From positions 1-41,012 of the forward strand of contig JBFZAQ010000096.1 in NCBI GenBank assembly GCA_041308885.1: DNA of 41,012 nucleotides, given 5' to 3'. Of the stretch, positions 10,635-21,267 are shown one piece after another. Position 1 is the first letter of the stretch. The number at the start of each line of letters is the position of its first letter. The stretch is from Candidatus Omnitrophota bacterium. GTDB lineage: Bacteria > Omnitrophota > Gorgyraeia > Gygaellales > Profunditerraquicolaceae. Below the pieces are notes generated by a model. The model saw only the letters and a program-made list of their open reading frames with translations, had not been told where the DNA came from and did no database searches. The translations under genes and the position numbers were made by a program.

Positions 10635-11364
10635 CGGGAATTATATGGGCTTTGTTTCTAGCGATGTCGATCTCGCCGAAGCGCTCTTTTTGCACTGCGA
10701 CTATTTCTTTGATCTTGATCAACTCTAATATCGCCAGAAACGTCACTACCATTTCAATTTTATTCTTAGACGATCGAAAAAGCTCGGAAATAGCTATCCT
10801 CTCTTTAACCAACAGGACATGCAGTATGCTATGCACCTTTTCTTCAACCGTAAATTCATCTTTGATAACTTCATAAAACAACTCTTTGGGGATTTCCTTA
10901 AGGGCCTGCGAGAAAGCCGAGATTAGATCAAAAAGGCTGGCTTCAAAATAAACATCCTCATCCGGCGACTTAGGCAAAGCCGCCTCCGCTTTCTGGCGTT
11001 TAAAAACTTCCTGCTGGGCAGTTTCTTTTAGGCGCAGCTCATCGGCGATCTGTTTAAATTTCTCATACTCCAACAGCCGGCGCACCAGTTCGGCGCGCGG
11101 ATCTTGCTGCTCCTGCTCATCCTGGATTACTTCCTCCGCGGGCAAGAGCATCTTCGATTTAATTTGCAGAAGCGTGGCGGCCATAACCAGGAATTCTCCG
11201 GCGATATTTAAATCCAATAAACGCATGACCTCTAAATACTGCAGATACTGATCAGTAACCTGAGTAATCGGAATATCGTAAATATTCAGATGGTCTTTCT
11301 TAACCAGGTACAACAGCAGGTCCAGCGGGCCTTCAAAAAGTTCAAGCTTGATCTTATAGCTCAT
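10606..11364 (-). CDS. scpA: Segregation and condensation protein A
   Basis: LELFEGPLDLLLYLVKK N-terminal kleisin motif, about 250 aa. Confidence 0.85.
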   Translation of the reverse strand: MSYKIKLELFEGPLDLLLYLVKKDHLNIYDIPITQVTDQYLQYLEVMRLLDLNIAGEFLVMAATLLQIKSKMLLPAEEVIQDEQEQQDPRAELVRRLLEYEKFKQIADELRLKETAQQEVFKRQKAEAALPKSPDEDVYFEASLFDLISAFSQALKEIPKELFYEVIKDEFTVEEKVHSILHVLLVKERIAISELFRSSKNKIEMVVTFLAILELIKIKEIVAVQKERFGEIDIARNKAHIIPDVTDAAETH

Positions 11365-12347
11365 TTTAATAAGCCTACCAGCTTCTTAGCCTTTAAAACT
11401 GTGTCTTCGGCAACTGCCGCGGCCCGTTTCCGGCCGTCCTCTAAAATATCGAAAACTTTATTTCTATGATTAACGTACTCTCCTCGACGCTGCGCAATCG
11501 GCTCTAAAAATCGAACCAATATCTCGGCCAATTCTTTCTTGCATTCAGTACAACCGATCTCGGCTTTGCGACAACGCTCCTCAACCTCTGTATTCTTTTC
11601 CGGAGCAAAAACCGCATAATAACTACGCACATTACACCTGTCGGGATGCCCCGGGTCAGCGCGCTTTATCCGCTTCGGATCAGTGAACATCCCTTGGATC
11701 TTTTTGCGCACATTATCAGGGTCTTCGCTCAAAGCTACGAAATTGCCGTAACTCTTGCTCATCTTGCGGCCGTCAAGCCCCAATAATCGGGGCGTCTTAG
11801 TCAATAGGGCTTCCGGCTCGGGAAATAATGTTTGCCGATAAAGATTGTTGAACCGCCGGACCATCTCTCTGGTTAGCTCCAAATGCGGCAGTTGGTCTTC
11901 GCCTACCGGAACCACATTGGCCAAATACAACAGGATATCCGCGGCCTGCAATACCGGATACCCGAGGAATCCGTAAGTACTTAAATCGCGGTTAGCTACT
12001 TCGCGCAGCTGCTCTTTATAGGTCGGGCAACGCTCAAGCCATCCTAAGGGAGTCAGAATCGAAAGCATCATATACAGTTCCAAATGCTCCTTAACCTGAG
12101 ACTGCACAAAAATGCAGGATTTCTGAGGCGAAACCCCGCAAGCCAACCAATCAATCACATTATCGATAATGGTATCCTGCAGAAATTGAGGCTTCTCATA
12201 TTCGCTCATCAAAGCGTGCCAATCCGCGACCATGAAAAAACAGTCGTATTCCTCCTGCAGCTTGACCCAATTATGCAAAGCCCCGACCAAATGCCCCAAA
12301 TGCAACACCCCAGTCGGCCGCATACCGCTCAATATTCTTTTCTTCAT
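11361..12347 (-). CDS. trpS: Tryptophan-tRNA ligase
   Basis: HLGH and KMSKS class I signatures, 328 aa, TrpRS-like throughout. Confidence 0.9.
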   Translation of the reverse strand: MKKRILSGMRPTGVLHLGHLVGALHNWVKLQEEYDCFFMVADWHALMSEYEKPQFLQDTIIDNVIDWLACGVSPQKSCIFVQSQVKEHLELYMMLSILTPLGWLERCPTYKEQLREVANRDLSTYGFLGYPVLQAADILLYLANVVPVGEDQLPHLELTREMVRRFNNLYRQTLFPEPEALLTKTPRLLGLDGRKMSKSYGNFVALSEDPDNVRKKIQGMFTDPKRIKRADPGHPDRCNVRSYYAVFAPEKNTEVEERCRKAEIGCTECKKELAEILVRFLEPIAQRRGEYVNHRNKVFDILEDGRKRAAAVAEDTVLKAKKLVGLLK

Positions 12348-12357
12348 ATGCTAGTTA

Positions 12358-12437
12358 TAAATGACCAATTCCCAAATCTCAAATCCCAATGAATTACCAA
12401 TGACCAATGTCTAATTGGGTTTGGTAACTGGTTATTG
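12358..12437. repeat. NNNCCAA-heptamer palindromic element, copy 2 (right arm truncated at the infB stop)
   Basis: Sequence aatgaccaattcccaaatctcaaatcccaatgaattaccaatgaccaatgtctaattgggtttggtaactggttatt. Confidence 0.8.
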
Positions 12438-12438
12438 C

Positions 12439-14622
12439 CTACAATTTCCTGGCAATCTTTTCTATATCATGCGCCTCAATCACATCGCCTTCTTTAACAT
12501 CGTCATAGCCGCCGAGCGATATGCCGCACTCAAAACCTTCCAATACCTCGCGCACATCATCCTTAAAGCGTTTAAGGGCGGCAATTTTCCCCTCGAAAAC
12601 CGGCTCCCCGTTTCTCATCACAGTTACCATGTTGTTACGCGTAAACTTGCCCTTAGTCACGTAACACCCGGCGACTATGCCGGACTTGGTTAATTTAAAA
12701 ACCTTGCGCACGTCGCAACGGCCGATAAAAATCTTCTTTAATTTCGGCTCCAGCAAACCCTCGACTGCCGCTTTAATATCATTGGCCAGCTCGTAAATAA
12801 TATTGTAAGTCCGGGCCTCAATCCCCTCCTTGCTCATAAGCTCGCGGGCCCGCTCATCAGCCTCCACGTGAAAACCGAGGATAAGCGCATTAGAGGCGAC
12901 CGCCAGAACTACGTCCGAAGAATTAATATTGCCGATCCCGTCATGGATGATATCCAGCTTAACTTCGGATATATCTATCTTGCTTAAGGTCTCTTTAATC
13001 GCTTCCAACGACCCCTGCATATCCGCCTTAAGGATTAGTTTTAGCTCCTTAATCTTGCCTTCAACTATCTGCGCATGTAAATCTTCCAGGCTTATCCGCT
13101 TAAAGGCTTTCATATCCTGTTGGCGTTCGCTCTCTTGGCGGGCCGCGGCCAAGTCGCGGGCCTGTTTTTCATCGGCAATGGTAAAAAAAGACTCTCCGGC
13201 TAAAGGGACACTGGATAAACCCAATATTTCTACCGGGTTAGACGGCAAAACCGAAGTTACAGCCCGGCCCCGGTCATCGAACATTGCCCGGATTCTTCCG
13301 TAGCTCATCCCCACAAGAATAGTCTGATTCAAGTACAGCGATCCATTTTGCACCAGCAGTGTTACTACCGGCCCCTTACCCTTGCTTAGCTTGGCTTCCA
13401 CCACCACACCCTTAGCCAGGCGGCCGGGGTCAGCTTTAAGCTCCAACATCTGAGCTTCCAGGAGGATCATCTCCAAAAGATTATCGATACCTTCCCCTGT
13501 CTTGGCTGAAACTCCGACGGTAATAGTCTTTCCTCCCCAATCTTCGGGCAAAAGCTGTAATTCAGCCAGCTGTTTTTTTACCCGTTCAACGTTGGCTTGA
13601 GGCTTGTCAATTTTATTTAACGCAACAATTATCGAAACTCCGGCTGCCCGGGCGTGATCAATGGCTTCGCGCGTCTGCGGCATTATGCCGTCATCGGCCG
13701 CAACAACTAAAACCACGATATCGGTAATCCGCGCTCCGCGGGCACGCATGGCAGTAAAGGCTTCGTGACCCGGCGTATCCAAAAATGTTATCTCTCCGTG
13801 CTCCAACGTAACCCGATAGGCGCCGATATGCTGGGTTATCCCGCCGTGTTCGCGCTCGGCGACTTTAGTTTTACGGATCGCGTCCAATAACGAAGTCTTG
13901 CCGTGATCAACATGTCCCATAAAAGTTACCACGGGAGCCCGCGGCTTTAAACAAGCCGGATCATCCGCCTGATCATGCACGCGCAAAGCCAACTCTTCGG
14001 CGCCGGGGGCTTTAATGATCGCAAACCCGAACTTCTCGCATACTAACCGAGTGGCATTCTCATCCAACGCCTGATTAATCCCGATCATAATTCGATTATC
14101 CATCAATAACTTGATCAGCGCAGAAGGCTTTTGCGCCAATCTTACCGCTAAATCCTTCAAAGTAATCGGCAGTTCAAGTTCGATTTCTTTGAGCGCCGGC
14201 GTACTCGGCGGAACTGCGGCCGGCTTAGGCTCTTCTTTTTTAACCGCGCTAACCGGCTCTTGAGGTAATGGCGGAGGCGCAAATTTTTTTGTCTCAACCG
14301 GCTTAGGGATAACCGGGGCGTTTACGGGCTGGGCCGGCGCAACGCCTGTCGATGCTGTCGGCGGCGGAATAACGACGTTCTTAACGACGTCCTCAGCCGC
14401 GCGCTTAACTTGCGGCCGATCGACCTTAGGGGCTTTTTCTTTCTTCGGCCTCACCGCCTTAGCCGCCTTGGAAACGCTAATGCCGGGTTTTAGGATTTCT
14501 TTAGTTACAGCTGCTTTACGCGCTGCGGTTTTTTTCTTGGGCTTTTCAACTTTCGGCTTGAGCGTACTGCTGCGCTTCTTCTCTGCTGGTTTCTTCAGTA
14601 GTTCTTTCTTAGTTTTTATCAT
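12439..14622 (-). CDS. infB: Translation initiation factor IF-2
   Basis: [13 protein letters not shown]-domain, Lys/Pro-rich N-terminal region, located downstream of nusA. Confidence 0.95.
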   Translation of the reverse strand: MIKTKKELLKKPAEKKRSSTLKPKVEKPKKKTAARKAAVTKEILKPGISVSKAAKAVRPKKEKAPKVDRPQVKRAAEDVVKNVVIPPPTASTGVAPAQPVNAPVIPKPVETKKFAPPPLPQEPVSAVKKEEPKPAAVPPSTPALKEIELELPITLKDLAVRLAQKPSALIKLLMDNRIMIGINQALDENATRLVCEKFGFAIIKAPGAEELALRVHDQADDPACLKPRAPVVTFMGHVDHGKTSLLDAIRKTKVAEREHGGITQHIGAYRVTLEHGEITFLDTPGHEAFTAMRARGARITDIVVLVVAADDGIMPQTREAIDHARAAGVSIIVALNKIDKPQANVERVKKQLAELQLLPEDWGGKTITVGVSAKTGEGIDNLLEMILLEAQMLELKADPGRLAKGVVVEAKLSKGKGPVVTLLVQNGSLYLNQTILVGMSYGRIRAMFDDRGRAVTSVLPSNPVEILGLSSVPLAGESFFTIADEKQARDLAAARQESERQQDMKAFKRISLEDLHAQIVEGKIKELKLILKADMQGSLEAIKETLSKIDISEVKLDIIHDGIGNINSSDVVLAVASNALILGFHVEADERARELMSKEGIEARTYNIIYELANDIKAAVEGLLEPKLKKIFIGRCDVRKVFKLTKSGIVAGCYVTKGKFTRNNMVTVMRNGEPVFEGKIAALKRFKDDVREVLEGFECGISLGGYDDVKEGDVIEAHDIEKIARKL

Positions 14623-14624
14623 AC

Positions 14625-15836
14625 TTATTTCCCGATTATTTTTTTCGCCTGCGTTAATAATTTCCCGGCTTTGACCTTGCCGATACCTTTTATAGCTACT
14701 AAGTCCTCGGGGCTGGCCTTGGCAACAGCCTCAACCGTGGGATACCCCGCTTCTCTAAGCCCGGCGATAATCTTTTCGCCTACACCTGATAATTCCTCAA
14801 GAGAGACACCCCCTTGCTCCGCCTGCCCCTCGACAGCTTTTTCCTCAACCTTAACATCAGAGGCTTGAGACTTAGGCTGCAAGGCTTCTTGAGCGATCAT
14901 CAACTTCGTGCGAATATCCAAATCCCAGCCAACTAAACGGGAGGCCAAGCGCACATTTTGACCGTGCTTTCCGATAGCCAGAGATAATTGGTCGTCATCT
15001 ACGATTACTTCCGCTTTCAGCTGTTCTTTATTCAGCTTGATCTCGGCGATTTGCGCCGGAGACAACGCCCCCTTAATATATTCCCGGATATCCTCATTAT
15101 AACGCACAATATCGATTTTTTCACCTTGCAATTCAGTAACGATATTGCGCACCCGATTCCCTCGCATACCCACGCAAGCGCCTACCGAATCTACCTTATC
15201 GTTCTTCGACCACACGGCAATCTTGGTCCGCTCCCCGGCCTCTCTGGCAATGGCTTTGACCTCGACAATCCCTTCGTATATCTCGGGGACTTCCAGTTCA
15301 AACAGCTTCTTGACTAACTGGGGATGGGCCCGAGACAACAAAATATGCGGCCCTTTAGCCTCCTTTTTGACCTCCACAACATACGCGCGGATGCGCTGCC
15401 CTTGTTTATACTCTTCTTTCGGCGATTGATCGCGCTTGAAGATTACACCCTCAGCTTTACCCAAAAGATCTACTACCAGATTACCCTTTTCAAAACGGTA
15501 CACGGTGCCGCTGACGATCTCCCCGACTCTACCCTGAAATTCGGCGAAGACTACGTCCTTTTCGGCTTCGCGAATCTTCTGAATAATCACTTGACGGGCA
15601 GTGGAAGCGGCGATCCGGCCAAAATCTATGGAGGTTATCTCTTCTTTATTGCGATAGGCCCGGATTTTACCATTAGACCTGTCAATGGTCACGCTCAACT
15701 CTTCTTCAGGCTTACTATCGATGACTTTCCGCGCGGCGCTTAAAAGAGCGGTCTCCACCGCCTCGAAAAGCACCTCTTTTTTAATCCCTTTTTCCCGCTC
15801 AATTTGTTCCAAAATTGCGATTAATTCACCGCTCAT
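14625..15836 (-). CDS. nusA: Transcription termination/antitermination factor NusA
   Basis: N-terminal domain, S1 and KH domains (GACVGMRGNRV), plus a C-terminal helix-hairpin-helix. The rimP-nusA-infB gene order is conserved. Confidence 0.95.
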   Translation of the reverse strand: MSGELIAILEQIEREKGIKKEVLFEAVETALLSAARKVIDSKPEEELSVTIDRSNGKIRAYRNKEEITSIDFGRIAASTARQVIIQKIREAEKDVVFAEFQGRVGEIVSGTVYRFEKGNLVVDLLGKAEGVIFKRDQSPKEEYKQGQRIRAYVVEVKKEAKGPHILLSRAHPQLVKKLFELEVPEIYEGIVEVKAIAREAGERTKIAVWSKNDKVDSVGACVGMRGNRVRNIVTELQGEKIDIVRYNEDIREYIKGALSPAQIAEIKLNKEQLKAEVIVDDDQLSLAIGKHGQNVRLASRLVGWDLDIRTKLMIAQEALQPKSQASDVKVEEKAVEGQAEQGGVSLEELSGVGEKIIAGLREAGYPTVEAVAKASPEDLVAIKGIGKVKAGKLLTQAKKIIGK

Positions 15837-15952
15837 TTTTACTCACCTCATGATTCTTAAGAATCCGCAAATTCACCGCTGCACTCAATTCCGGCAGCCA
15901 CCGGCTGACGGTCAACCGCGTGCCTTGGTGACCTTGTGACCCTGGGTTTATT

Positions 15953-16414
15953 TTATCCGATTACCTGTTTGGCCTTAATAATATTACTAAAAGCAAAAAC
16001 TGTATTTTGTCCCTGGATCAAAACAACAACTTGGTTATCGTCTGCCCCGACAATTATCCCCTGCCACTCGATCTTGCCGTTAACCGGATCACGCAAGAAC
16101 AAATTGACCGCTTGATTCAAGCAGCGGTTAAAATCATTCCTGTTCTTAAGCGGCCTATCCAAGCCGGGCGAAGATACTTCTAAAATATAGCGCTGCTCGA
16201 TAAGGTTCTTCTCGTCCAGCATAACGCCTAATTCCCGATTTATGCGCGAACATTCATCCAAAAAGATGCCTCCTTCGGGCCGATCCACCAAGATACGCGC
16301 TACCAAGTCCCGGCCTTCATGGCGATAGATGAGATCAACCAGCTGAAGATTTTGCCGGACTAAATACTGCTCGACAATTGACTGCAATTCAGCGCGCAGG
16401 CTATCCCTGTCCAT
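15953..16414 (-). CDS. rimP: Ribosome maturation factor RimP
   Basis: LEVSSPGLDRPL motif, 153 aa, upstream of nusA. Confidence 0.88.
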   Translation of the reverse strand: MDRDSLRAELQSIVEQYLVRQNLQLVDLIYRHEGRDLVARILVDRPEGGIFLDECSRINRELGVMLDEKNLIEQRYILEVSSPGLDRPLKNRNDFNRCLNQAVNLFLRDPVNGKIEWQGIIVGADDNQVVVLIQGQNTVFAFSNIIKAKQVIG

Positions 16415-17657
16415 CGCCGATCTCCTTAATCCGCGCCAAGGCCTCGCAATCTTTAATCATTATCTTCTCTTGAGTGCGGCGGACTTTGACTTCCAGACAA
16501 CCGCTGCGCAAAAACTCTTTACCGATAATGATCTGTAGAGGCATGCCTAGTAAATCAGCATCCTTGAATTTAACCCCGGCTCGCTCGTCCCGGTCATCAT
16601 AAAGAACGGACATCCCGGCCCTGCTGAGCTCATCATGCAAAATTTGCGCCTTAGTCCTGATCTTTTCATCGGTAGTATCCAAAGCCATGATTAATGCCCG
16701 GTAAGGGCTGACCTGCCGGGGCCAAATAATTCCGTTGGCATCATAATTCTGCTCGATGATCGCGGCGATTAAACGGGAGACCCCGATACCGTAGCACCCC
16801 ATGATTATCGGGGCCAGGACCCCGCGGTCATCGAGGAACTGGGCTCCCAATGCCGCCGAATACTTCGTCCCTAGTTGAAAGATATGGCCGATCTCGATGG
16901 TATTAGTCGGGACCAAAGCCTCTTTGCACTTAGCGCATTCACGGATAGCGTCATCTTTAGCGGTAATGCTCTGTTTACACTTAGGACAAACTAAGACCAA
17001 ATCTTCGCCGCTGGCTGCCGGCACCATAAACTCATGAGATACGCTGCCGCCCATAACCCCGGAATCCGCCTCTACCGTGAGAATAGACAAACCACACCGT
17101 TCAAAGATTTTCCGGTAAGCCTCATATATAGCGCCATAATTTTTCTCTAAACCGGCCTGGTCTTTATCAAAACTATAGGCATCCTTCATAATGAACTCGC
17201 AAGCCCGCACCACCCCGAAACGAGGTCGGATCTCATCGCGAAATTTGGTTTGGATTTGATACAATACCAGCGGCAGTTGCCGATAGGATGAAATATTATG
17301 CTTGACTAAATCAGTGATAATTTCCTCGTGAGTCGGACCCAAACAGATATTACGCCCCCGGCGATCGGTAAAGCGGATCATCACCTCTCCGATAGTCTTA
17401 TCCCGGCCGGTCTTTTGCCATAATTCCAGCGGCTGCAAGGCCGGCAGTAGTAATTCTGCGGCTCCCGCGGCGTTCATCTCCTGGCGTATTATCCCCTGGA
17501 TATTCATCAGCACCTTTAAGCCCAACGGCAAATAAGTATACGCCCCGGCCATAAGCATGCGCACGAGGCCGGCGCGCACCATTAAAGCGTGGCTTAACGA
17601 TTCCGCTTCCTGCGGGGTTTCTTTGAGTGTCGGGATAAAAGTATGGGACCAATACAT
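16401..17657 (-). CDS. proS: Proline-tRNA ligase, bacterial type, lacking the INS editing domain
   Basis: Class II motifs and the ProRS N-terminus MYWSHTFIPTLKETP. It is only 418 aa, with CPKCKQSITAKDDAIRECAKCKE where the ~180-aa INS domain normally sits. Confidence 0.85.
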   Translation of the reverse strand: MYWSHTFIPTLKETPQEAESLSHALMVRAGLVRMLMAGAYTYLPLGLKVLMNIQGIIRQEMNAAGAAELLLPALQPLELWQKTGRDKTIGEVMIRFTDRRGRNICLGPTHEEIITDLVKHNISSYRQLPLVLYQIQTKFRDEIRPRFGVVRACEFIMKDAYSFDKDQAGLEKNYGAIYEAYRKIFERCGLSILTVEADSGVMGGSVSHEFMVPAASGEDLVLVCPKCKQSITAKDDAIRECAKCKEALVPTNTIEIGHIFQLGTKYSAALGAQFLDDRGVLAPIIMGCYGIGVSRLIAAIIEQNYDANGIIWPRQVSPYRALIMALDTTDEKIRTKAQILHDELSRAGMSVLYDDRDERAGVKFKDADLLGMPLQIIIGKEFLRSGCLEVKVRRTQEKIMIKDCEALARIKEIGDGQG

Positions 17658-17689
17658 AAGTGTGTAAGTGTAAAGTGTAAAGTTTAGAA
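17658..17689. repeat. Tandem heptamers (agtgtaa) filling the cpaF-proS gap
   Basis: Sequence aagtgtgtaagtgtaaagtgtaaagtttagaa. Confidence 0.7.
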
Positions 17690-18955
17690 TTAAGATTCGT
17701 GTCTAAAGATGTCCTCGTTGAAAATAATACCCAACTTCTTAAATTTGGCTAGACACAGCGGTTTAATACCGGTAGACTTCCAAACTCCCAAGACTTTGCC
17801 GGTAGCGGAATCAACTCCTTCCACATCGTAAAAAAATATGTCTTCGACCATAGCCTGGCCGTCCTGCAGGCCGTTAATCTGGGCAATATGTGTGATTTTA
17901 CGCGTCCCATCCGACATCTGCCGCTGTTGGACGATCAAATTAACGCTGGCGGCGATCTGCCGATGCAGCGCTTCCAGGCCTAAAGGAATACCGCTGGTCA
18001 AAACCATGGTTTCTAAACGATAAATTACATCGCGCGGAGAATCCGCGTGGATAACTGCCAGAGATCCGCTATGGCCGGAACACATCGCCTGCAACATATC
18101 CAGCGCTTCTGCCCCGCGGATTTCTCCTAGAATTATTCTATCCGGCCTCATGCGCAACGTATTTTTAAACAAATCCCGGATATTAATTTCACCTTTGCCT
18201 TCGATATTAGCCTGGCGGCCCTCTAGGCGCACCACATGTTCCTGATTTAAACGCAACTCCGCGGTATCTTCAATGGTTATAATACGCTCGTTATCCGGGA
18301 TATACGCCGACAAAACATTAAGCGTAGTCGTCTTACCCGCGCCGGTCGCGCCGGAAAAAATAATATTCAGATGCGCCTTAATCGCTGCCACCAAAAAATC
18401 TGCCATCCGCGCATCCAGCGAACCAAGAGCAACCAAATCTTCTGCCGATTTAATGGCTTTTAAGAATTTCCTTATAGTGACTACCGTACCATCCAGGGCC
18501 ACCGGAGATAAAATAATATTAACCCGTGATCCGTCTTTAAGGGAAACGTCGGTATAAGGACTTAATTCATCGACCCGACGCCTAGTCGGCGAAAGTATTT
18601 TATAAATCAACGACATCAACTGTTGCTCGCTATCAAAGGTTATTGCGACGCGCTCGGTCTTCCCGCCCCTCTCCACATAAACATTCTTAGGGCCATTAAT
18701 CATTATTTCGGTAACCTGAGCATCTTGAAGGAGATTCTCGATCGGGCCAAATCCCACAAATTCATCCACTAACTCACGGATAATTTTCTCTTTATCTTCA
18801 TCGCTGGCTGCCGTCTTCTCGCGCACAATGATATCCTGCAACAGATAAGCGATAGTCTGACGTAGATCATTCTGATCCAATGTTTCCTGGGAAAAAAGCG
18901 CGCGATATTCCGCAATAAGGCGGCGCCGGATTTTATCCTTAAAGGTTTTTATCAT
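17690..18955 (-). CDS. cpaF: CpaF/TadA-family type II/IV secretion ATPase
   Basis: Walker A GATGAGKTTTLN, RMRPDRIILGEIRG, and a CpaF-like N-terminal domain. Confidence 0.85.
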   Translation of the reverse strand: MIKTFKDKIRRRLIAEYRALFSQETLDQNDLRQTIAYLLQDIIVREKTAASDEDKEKIIRELVDEFVGFGPIENLLQDAQVTEIMINGPKNVYVERGGKTERVAITFDSEQQLMSLIYKILSPTRRRVDELSPYTDVSLKDGSRVNIILSPVALDGTVVTIRKFLKAIKSAEDLVALGSLDARMADFLVAAIKAHLNIIFSGATGAGKTTTLNVLSAYIPDNERIITIEDTAELRLNQEHVVRLEGRQANIEGKGEINIRDLFKNTLRMRPDRIILGEIRGAEALDMLQAMCSGHSGSLAVIHADSPRDVIYRLETMVLTSGIPLGLEALHRQIAASVNLIVQQRQMSDGTRKITHIAQINGLQDGQAMVEDIFFYDVEGVDSATGKVLGVWKSTGIKPLCLAKFKKLGIIFNEDIFRHES

Positions 18956-20037
18956 TGCAATTCTTTTTTAAGCTCCGCGATCAACGCCTCGACGCACCGA
19001 GAATCGGCAACCTTGCGCACAGGCTTACCGTGTTTAAATAAAAGGCCTTCCCCTTTACCGAAAGCAATACCGATATCCGCCTCTTTAGCCTCACCCGGGC
19101 CGTTAACCACGCACCCCATAACCGCTACTTTCAACGGCTTACGCTGCAGGGAAAAAGGGAAATTCCGCGTTAACGCCTGATCAAGCTGCTTGACTATCCG
19201 CACTAAATCTACTTCACACCTTCCGCACGTCGGACAACTGATAATCTGCGGGCCGAATTGCCGCACACCAGCCGCTTCCAGAATAGCCCGCGCAGCCCTA
19301 ATTTCTTCCTTAGGTTTATCAGTAAGGGATACGCGTATTGTATCACCAATTCCGTCAATGAGCAAACTTCCAATAGCCGCGCTGGAAGCAATGGCGCCCT
19401 GAAACGAGAGGCCGGTTGCGGTAACCCCCAGATGCAAGGGATAATCGGATACCCTGGCTATCTGGCGATAGGCCATAACCGTATCTCTAGTATTGGAGGC
19501 CTTAAGCGATATCACAATGTCGCTAAATTTATTCTTCTCCAGCGCCCGCACATACTTTAAAGCGCTTTCCACCATTTGTTGAGCCTGAGGCTTGCGGCTG
19601 TTGCCCCCCGGCATTCCTCGCCCGGATAACGATCCGGAATTCACCCCTACCCTTATAGGTATTCCGGCCTTACGGGAAGCCGCGGCAACATCCCTTATTT
19701 GCTCAGATTTATAAATATTCCCCGGGTTTAACCGAATCTTATCTACCCCGCTGTCTATGGCCGCCAATGCCAAACGCCAATCAAAATGGATATCAGCCAC
19801 GAGAGGAACACCGATATTTTGTTTAATCCGCTTAAGCGCTGCCGCATCCCGGGTATCCTTGACGGCCACGCGCACAATCTCACAGCCGGCCTGCTCCAAC
19901 TCCTTAATCTGACGTACCACCGCCTCCACATCCGAGGTTTTGACTTTAGCCATGGACTGGATGGCGACCGGATTATTCCCTCCGATTTTGACCTTGCCGA
20001 TCCTAATAACCTTGGTTTTATGGCGGCTTATCGACAT
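18952..20037 (-). CDS. ispG: 4-hydroxy-3-methylbut-2-en-1-yl diphosphate synthase
   Basis: KIGGNNPVAIQSM and a C-terminal CPTCGRC Fe-S motif. The start is re-called to ATG 20037, because the track start at 20094 is TTG inside the repeat. Confidence 0.9.
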   Translation of the reverse strand: MSISRHKTKVIRIGKVKIGGNNPVAIQSMAKVKTSDVEAVVRQIKELEQAGCEIVRVAVKDTRDAAALKRIKQNIGVPLVADIHFDWRLALAAIDSGVDKIRLNPGNIYKSEQIRDVAAASRKAGIPIRVGVNSGSLSGRGMPGGNSRKPQAQQMVESALKYVRALEKNKFSDIVISLKASNTRDTVMAYRQIARVSDYPLHLGVTATGLSFQGAIASSAAIGSLLIDGIGDTIRVSLTDKPKEEIRAARAILEAAGVRQFGPQIISCPTCGRCEVDLVRIVKQLDQALTRNFPFSLQRKPLKVAVMGCVVNGPGEAKEADIGIAFGKGEGLLFKHGKPVRKVADSRCVEALIAELKKELQ

Positions 20038-20044
20038 AGAATAT

Positions 20045-20164
20045 AAAATCCCAATGGCCAAATCCCAAACTCCAATGAATGTCCAATGAATCAATTACCA
20101 ACGCGCTATTGGAAATTGGTTATTGGTAATTCATTGGGGCTTGGTAATTGGAATTTGGTCATTT
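20045..20164. repeat. NNNCCAA-heptamer palindromic element, copy 3
   Basis: Sequence aaaatcccaatggccaaatcccaaactccaatgaat...attcattggggcttggtaattggaatttggtcattt. It contains the rseP stop codon. Confidence 0.9.
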
Positions 20165-21238
20165 AAATAGTTTCGCTATCTTATCCCCAAAGAACCTTAC
20201 CACATCATTATACGTCACTACAACCGCCAGCATTATCATTATCGTCATGCCTACGCGGGACACATAAGCTTCGGCTCTCTGGCTTAAGCGCTTCCCGGTG
20301 ACTTTCTCTATCCCCAGCAATACCAGATGCCCGCCGTCCAATATCGGGAGCGGCAAAACATTAAACAAGGCCAAGCTGACACTCAACACCGCGATAAGAT
20401 GCACCACCGCGATAAAACCCATATGCGCGGCTTCCGAGGTAATATAAAAAATGCCTAACGGGCCGGTAACCGACTCTCTAACCGACATCTTACCCGTGAT
20501 CATACGCCAGAGGGCTTTATAAGTCAGCACGGTTAAGTCTAAGGTTTTTTTAGCAGCCAATATACCGGACTGAACAAAGCTATGTTTAACCGTAATCAGC
20601 TCCTCATGCGGCGTTATGCCTAGTAAACCAACGCTCCTTTTTTGTCCCAGCACATCAGCAAAGTCTTTGGCTTTAATTGCGGTCCTGATGCTTAATTCCC
20701 GGCTCCCGCGAACTATCCGTAACTCTGCCGTTGTCGGGGCCTGCTTAGCTTGAATGGTCTCCTGTAACTCATCCCAATTATGCACCCGCTTTCCATCCAC
20801 GGACATAATCGTATCCCCGGCCTGCAAGCCCGCTTCCTGAGCTCCGTACCCCTCAATTACACTGCCGACCTTTGACGTAAGCGTGGGGTAACCAACAAGA
20901 AAAATAAACCAAAAGAATACAAAACCCAGCGCGTAATTCAATAACGGCCCGCAGATAATCACTTTGGCCCGCGCTCCCGGTGATTTAGCTAAATATTCAT
21001 CCGAGGCTCCTTTACTCTCCTCAATTGTATCCCCGGCTAATTTAACGTATCCGCCAAGAGGAATAGCGCTGATACTATATTCGGTCTGGCCGCGCTTTTT
21101 CTTGGCTAATATCGGGCCAAAACCAAGCGAGAATTTTTCCACCCGGATACCGACTCGCCGGGCCATATAATAGTGGCCGAATTCATGAACGATGATTAGA
21201 ACACCTAATACTAATAAGAAAATAAAAAGTGATAGCAT
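20159..21238 (-). CDS. rseP: RIP zinc metalloprotease RseP (site-2 protease)
   Basis: HEFGHY motif, one PDZ domain, C-terminal LDGG motif, GGAG RBS. Confidence 0.9.
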   Translation of the reverse strand: MLSLFIFLLVLGVLIIVHEFGHYYMARRVGIRVEKFSLGFGPILAKKKRGQTEYSISAIPLGGYVKLAGDTIEESKGASDEYLAKSPGARAKVIICGPLLNYALGFVFFWFIFLVGYPTLTSKVGSVIEGYGAQEAGLQAGDTIMSVDGKRVHNWDELQETIQAKQAPTTAELRIVRGSRELSIRTAIKAKDFADVLGQKRSVGLLGITPHEELITVKHSFVQSGILAAKKTLDLTVLTYKALWRMITGKMSVRESVTGPLGIFYITSEAAHMGFIAVVHLIAVLSVSLALFNVLPLPILDGGHLVLLGIEKVTGKRLSQRAEAYVSRVGMTIMIMLAVVVTYNDVVRFFGDKIAKLFK

Positions 21239-21267
21239 ATTATTCTCCGTCGCCGTAAGTTAACTGT

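Noticed and set aside
15852-15865. 14-bp perfect palindrome gattcttaagaatc just upstream of the nusA RBS
   Set aside because: It could be an operator or a small stem, but it is a single short AT-rich palindrome with no second copy or supporting context, so I did not call it.
20038-20094. N-terminal extensions of ispG and several other genes: synthase 30741-30821, clpP 36283-36339, kdsD 40612-40674, OmpA-like 27868-27933, DUF4912-like 26684-26701, aminotransferase 35573-35584, tgt 1356-1376
   Set aside because: The extensions begin at TTG, GTG or upstream ATG codons and translate palindromic repeats (WDLVIGN..., HWGLGFGHW...) or the Shine-Dalgarno sequence itself. In each case an internal ATG with a good RBS matches the conserved N-terminus of the family.
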